This document shows positions 61,038 through 64,000 of a DNA stretch of 64,000 nt, in pieces. The notes under the pieces were generated by a model. That model ran no database searches and was not told the DNA's origin. It saw only the letters and a list, made by a program, of their open reading frames with translations. This stretch comes from Acidobacteriota bacterium (GTDB taxonomy: Bacteria; Acidobacteriota; UBA6911). Numbering within the stretch: the stretch's first letter is position 1; each line of letters opens with the position of its first letter. The stretch is from contig OY761556.1 of the NCBI GenBank assembly GCA_963664705.1, positions 1,088,001 to 1,152,000 on the forward strand. Direction: 5' to 3'. The position numbers and the translations under genes were made by a program.

Positions 61038-62051
61038 TCAGGCCCTGATTCCGTAGACCTCTTCGTTATAGCGGGCTATCTCGTCCGTGATGATCGGATC
61101 CACGTTAGGAAAGATGCTGCCCGGGAGCCCGTAGGTCAAACTCGGGATAAAGCCGCCGCCCGGTCCATACTCCACGCAGGCGCGGCGAACTTCCGCACGG
61201 ATAACCGCTTCCGATGTTTCGGGCCAGTCGACGATAGCGGCGTCGATGCCGCCCATGATTGCCATGCGGCCGGCGAGTTGCTTTTGAACCTTGCGCAAGT
61301 CGTTTTGAGGAAGGGCGCCTTGCCAAATGTCTATGCCGATTTCCACCATGTCTTCGACGATCTGCTCAAGGAAGGAATCCGCATGATGCATGATGAGGAC
61401 TCCGTGATCATGCGCGTAGCCGTACATCTTGAAGTAGTAAGGCTTGATCATCTCGCGCCACGTGGCGGGGCTCATAAACATCGAGTGTTTGCTGCCCCAG
61501 TCGTCGTGGGAGAGAATGACATCGGGTTTGAGGTTATCGACGAGCAGCTTGAGATAGTTGAACCGGTACTCGCTGATGGCAGCGATGAGCTCTTTCATGC
61601 ATTCCGGCTCCTCCAGAAGATTTGAGAGCGTATCCTCAAAACCCATCAGATAGTGGCATTGCTCAAAGATGCCCGTGCCCATAAAGCCCAGGACCATCTT
61701 TTCATCCCGGTTGATCCGGCTCGCCGATTCCAGCGCCGGTTTCCAAAGTTCCGGATCGGAGCAGGCTCCGACGATATCCGGAACCTTTATGTATTCCTTC
61801 CACCGAGTGATATCGGGGAGCACTTTATTCTCGGGTGTAACGTGGGGCATGGCTGCAAACTGCGTTTCCGGCCATGCGATTTCGGTTCCCCACCGGTCCT
61901 TGGTCGTCAATCCCTTTACGCGGTTGCCGCGTGTGAATTTGCCGCACGGATCGTCCATTACCGGGATACAGGGTTGGTATTGATTGACGAGTCTATCGGG
62001 TTTGCCTTGGGGCTTTAAGAGTTCGAGAAGGTTTTGTTTTGGTGTAAGCAT
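61038..62051 (-). CDS. URO-D-family methyltransferase (O-demethylase MT-I-like)
   Basis: PDRLVNQY, DRWG, GIFEQCHYLMG, HDDWG, HHADS, DIWQG. Confidence 0.88.
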   Translation of the reverse strand: MLTPKQNLLELLKPQGKPDRLVNQYQPCIPVMDDPCGKFTRGNRVKGLTTKDRWGTEIAWPETQFAAMPHVTPENKVLPDITRWKEYIKVPDIVGACSDPELWKPALESASRINRDEKMVLGFMGTGIFEQCHYLMGFEDTLSNLLEEPECMKELIAAISEYRFNYLKLLVDNLKPDVILSHDDWGSKHSMFMSPATWREMIKPYYFKMYGYAHDHGVLIMHHADSFLEQIVEDMVEIGIDIWQGALPQNDLRKVQKQLAGRMAIMGGIDAAIVDWPETSEAVIRAEVRRACVEYGPGGGFIPSLTYGLPGSIFPNVDPIITDEIARYNEEVYGIRA

Positions 62052-62258
62052 TCAAAGTCTCCTTATTGTTCTTGGCGCGCCAGGAAGAACCATCGGCCAG
62101 GAGCAGAACAATATAAGCTAGCGCATTTTCTCAATGCGCCATGCGGACGGCCATGCCGGACCTGGTATCAGCGCTGATTACCGCAGCTTAAAGCTGCGCA
62201 AAAATTTATAAGGATTTCTATCGCGGGGGGCAAGCGAAAAAAGCGTTCAGCAGGTGCC

Positions 62259-62314
62259 AAATAAAAATGGGCCGGGAGCCCCGCCTGCTAATTTCGGCGC
62301 GCCTCCCGGCCCAT
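62259..62314 (-). terminator. Intrinsic terminator between the two methyltransferase genes
   Basis: ATGGGCCGGGAG/CTCCCGGCCCAT stem followed by TTTTATTT on the minus strand. Confidence 0.7.
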
Positions 62315-62343
62315 GCAATCTAAATCAAGGGGTTTGGACGAAT

Positions 62344-63360
62344 TTACTTGAACATTTCCTTGCTCATCTTGTCGATTTCCACGGAAATGGCCTCGTAAAC
62401 ACCGGGGAAAACAGAACCCTTCCCTCCCTGTGTGATACAGGGAATGAAGTAATGCTTGCCGTTTTCCTCGCAAGCCCTTCGTACGTGCGTTGCCACCAGT
62501 TCCTGGGTCCAGTCTCCACGGTCCACGAGTCCGTTATCGATGTCACCCATGAAGGTAAGCTTGCTGCCGTACTTCTTAACCAGCTCCGGCACATTATTCG
62601 TGCTGACGCACCCCTGCCAGATGTCCATCTTCATTTCGATCATGGCGGGAACAAGGTTGGCGCTGTAAGCGTCATTGTGATGCGCGATGAGCTGAACGCC
62701 TCTTTCCTTGTAGTACCCGTACCATTTTTTATACGGTTCCAGCAAAAATTCCTCAAACATGTCCGGAGACAGGAATGAGGATTTATGACTGCCCCAGTCA
62801 TCATGCTGGAAGATTACTTCAGGAGCGAAGTTGTCGCACAACAGCTTGGCGTAACCGAGCTTCCATTCGGTAATATAGTTGATGAGATCCTTCATGGCTT
62901 CCGGCTCTTCATAAAAAGCGATCAGAGCGTCATCCATGCCCATCAGATAATGCACCTGCTCAAAAATGCCGGGCGCGCCGAACAAGGTGACAAATACTTC
63001 ATTCCTGTCGACTGAAGTCGCCTGATGTTTGTATTTATCCCATTCCGACTGGGGATAATTGAGCGTAGGAGCCTTGACTACTTTCTCCCACTGCGAGATG
63101 TCTTTGAGCACTTTGTGCTCTGCATCGTGTACCGGGAAGGCACCCGGAACATTCGCGGGCCAAGCCCGCCAAACGCCCCAGGAATCCTTGGCCGGCGCTC
63201 CCCCGGGTGCCGGCATTGGCGAAGCTGCTACCACCGGATCTGACCAGATCATGCCGAAAGCTGCAGTCGGAGAACAATCGAATACTTCATACTGATTGAC
63301 AAACCTGTCCGGCTTTCCACCACGAATGGTTTCCAGCAGATTCTGTCTTTTGGTCAACAT
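62344..63360 (-). CDS. URO-D-family methyltransferase (O-demethylase MT-I-like), paralog of 61038-62051
   Basis: PDRFVNQY, DSWG, GIFEQVHYLMG, HDDWG, HHNDA, DIWQG. Confidence 0.88.
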   Translation of the reverse strand: MLTKRQNLLETIRGGKPDRFVNQYEVFDCSPTAAFGMIWSDPVVAASPMPAPGGAPAKDSWGVWRAWPANVPGAFPVHDAEHKVLKDISQWEKVVKAPTLNYPQSEWDKYKHQATSVDRNEVFVTLFGAPGIFEQVHYLMGMDDALIAFYEEPEAMKDLINYITEWKLGYAKLLCDNFAPEVIFQHDDWGSHKSSFLSPDMFEEFLLEPYKKWYGYYKERGVQLIAHHNDAYSANLVPAMIEMKMDIWQGCVSTNNVPELVKKYGSKLTFMGDIDNGLVDRGDWTQELVATHVRRACEENGKHYFIPCITQGGKGSVFPGVYEAISVEIDKMSKEMFK

Positions 63361-63389
63361 GAAAGAAAGGCCTCCTGAAGGATCCGGAA

Positions 63390-64000
63390 CTAGGCAGCAA
63401 TAATTGCCTTTGCCTTTTCCGCGGCTGCCCCTGCATCCGGTGCATAAGCATCGGCGCCGATTTCATCCGCGAATTTCTGAGTTACAGGCGCGCCGCCGAC
63501 GATGATCTTGAATCCGGCCAGACCGCTTTCCTTGATCGCATCCACGGTTTTCTTCAACGCAGGCAGGGTTGTGGTCAGAAGCGCGGAACAGGCAACCAGC
63601 TTGACGTTTTTATTATTTTTGATGGCCTCAATAAACTTGCTCGGCGCCTGATCGACGCCAATATCCACCATGTCAAAGCCGGCACTGCCGATCATCATGT
63701 TGACAAGGTTTTTGCCGATGTCGTGCAGATCGCCTTCAACCGTGCCGATGATGCACGTTCCCAAGGATGTTGAAGCTTCCGCGCTCAGCATGGGCTTTAA
63801 TACTTCCACGCCCTTTGCCATCGCTTTTGCCGCGATGAGCATTTCAGGCACAAAGATCTCGCCAGAGGAGAATCTATCGCCTACAACCTTCATTCCGTCA
63901 ATCATTGCCTGAAGGATGTCTTTCGCGGCGCTTCCTTCATCCAGGGCTGCCTGAACAAGGCCGGGAACTATTTTGGTTTTGCCGATGATTACCTGTTCTT
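63390..64000 (-). CDS. Methyltransferase-associated corrinoid (B12-binding) protein; 5' end beyond window
   Basis: FVPEML, GDLHDIGKN (DxHxxG), SALLTTT, VGGAPVT; frame open to the window edge. Confidence 0.93.
   Translation of the reverse strand, partial: EQVIIGKTKIVPGLVQAALDEGSAAKDILQAMIDGMKVVGDRFSSGEIFVPEMLIAAKAMAKGVEVLKPMLSAEASTSLGTCIIGTVEGDLHDIGKNLVNMMIGSAGFDMVDIGVDQAPSKFIEAIKNNKNVKLVACSALLTTTLPALKKTVDAIKESGLAGFKIIVGGAPVTQKFADEIGADAYAPDAGAAAEKAKAIIAA

Overview
Bacterial chromosomal window. RpoD style, the secreted-protein families and the REP types suggest an anaerobic Acidobacteriota member, but this is inference only. It opens with housekeeping genes (3' end of dnaG, rpoD, ppk2, purL, purQ), followed by a tRNA(CAT, probably Ile2) flanked by integrase and Fic remnants. 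The remaining ~54 kb is mostly accessory. It holds many Sec/Tat-exported hydrolases and oxidoreductases, an ECF sigma/anti-sigma/periplasmic-sensor triad, a PAS hybrid kinase, a hexaheme cytochrome, modABC with its regulator, a Zn-macrodomain/class M sirtuin pair, mqo, and corrinoid-dependent methyltransferase genes. Most notable observations: (1) a three-gene secreted operon led by a 2063-aa protein with a nucleotidyltransferase-like GS...DxD...D motif, hydrophobic helices and a Cys-studded coiled coil (candidate new toxin/effector system); (2) an ECF regulon readable from sequence, with GTAA-N16-CCACGACA in front of both the sigma gene and a two-gene operon of giant secreted LTxxQ/double-metallophosphoesterase proteins; (3) a TGTCACA-N4-TGTGACA operator at identical distance from a TTGACA box upstream of two Tat-exported flavoproteins; (4) a signal-peptide-bearing tetrapyrrole methylase next to a hexaheme cytochrome; (5) a SirTM/Zn-Macro pair without gcvH-L/lplA. 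All calls come from reading motifs by eye; no database searches were run.
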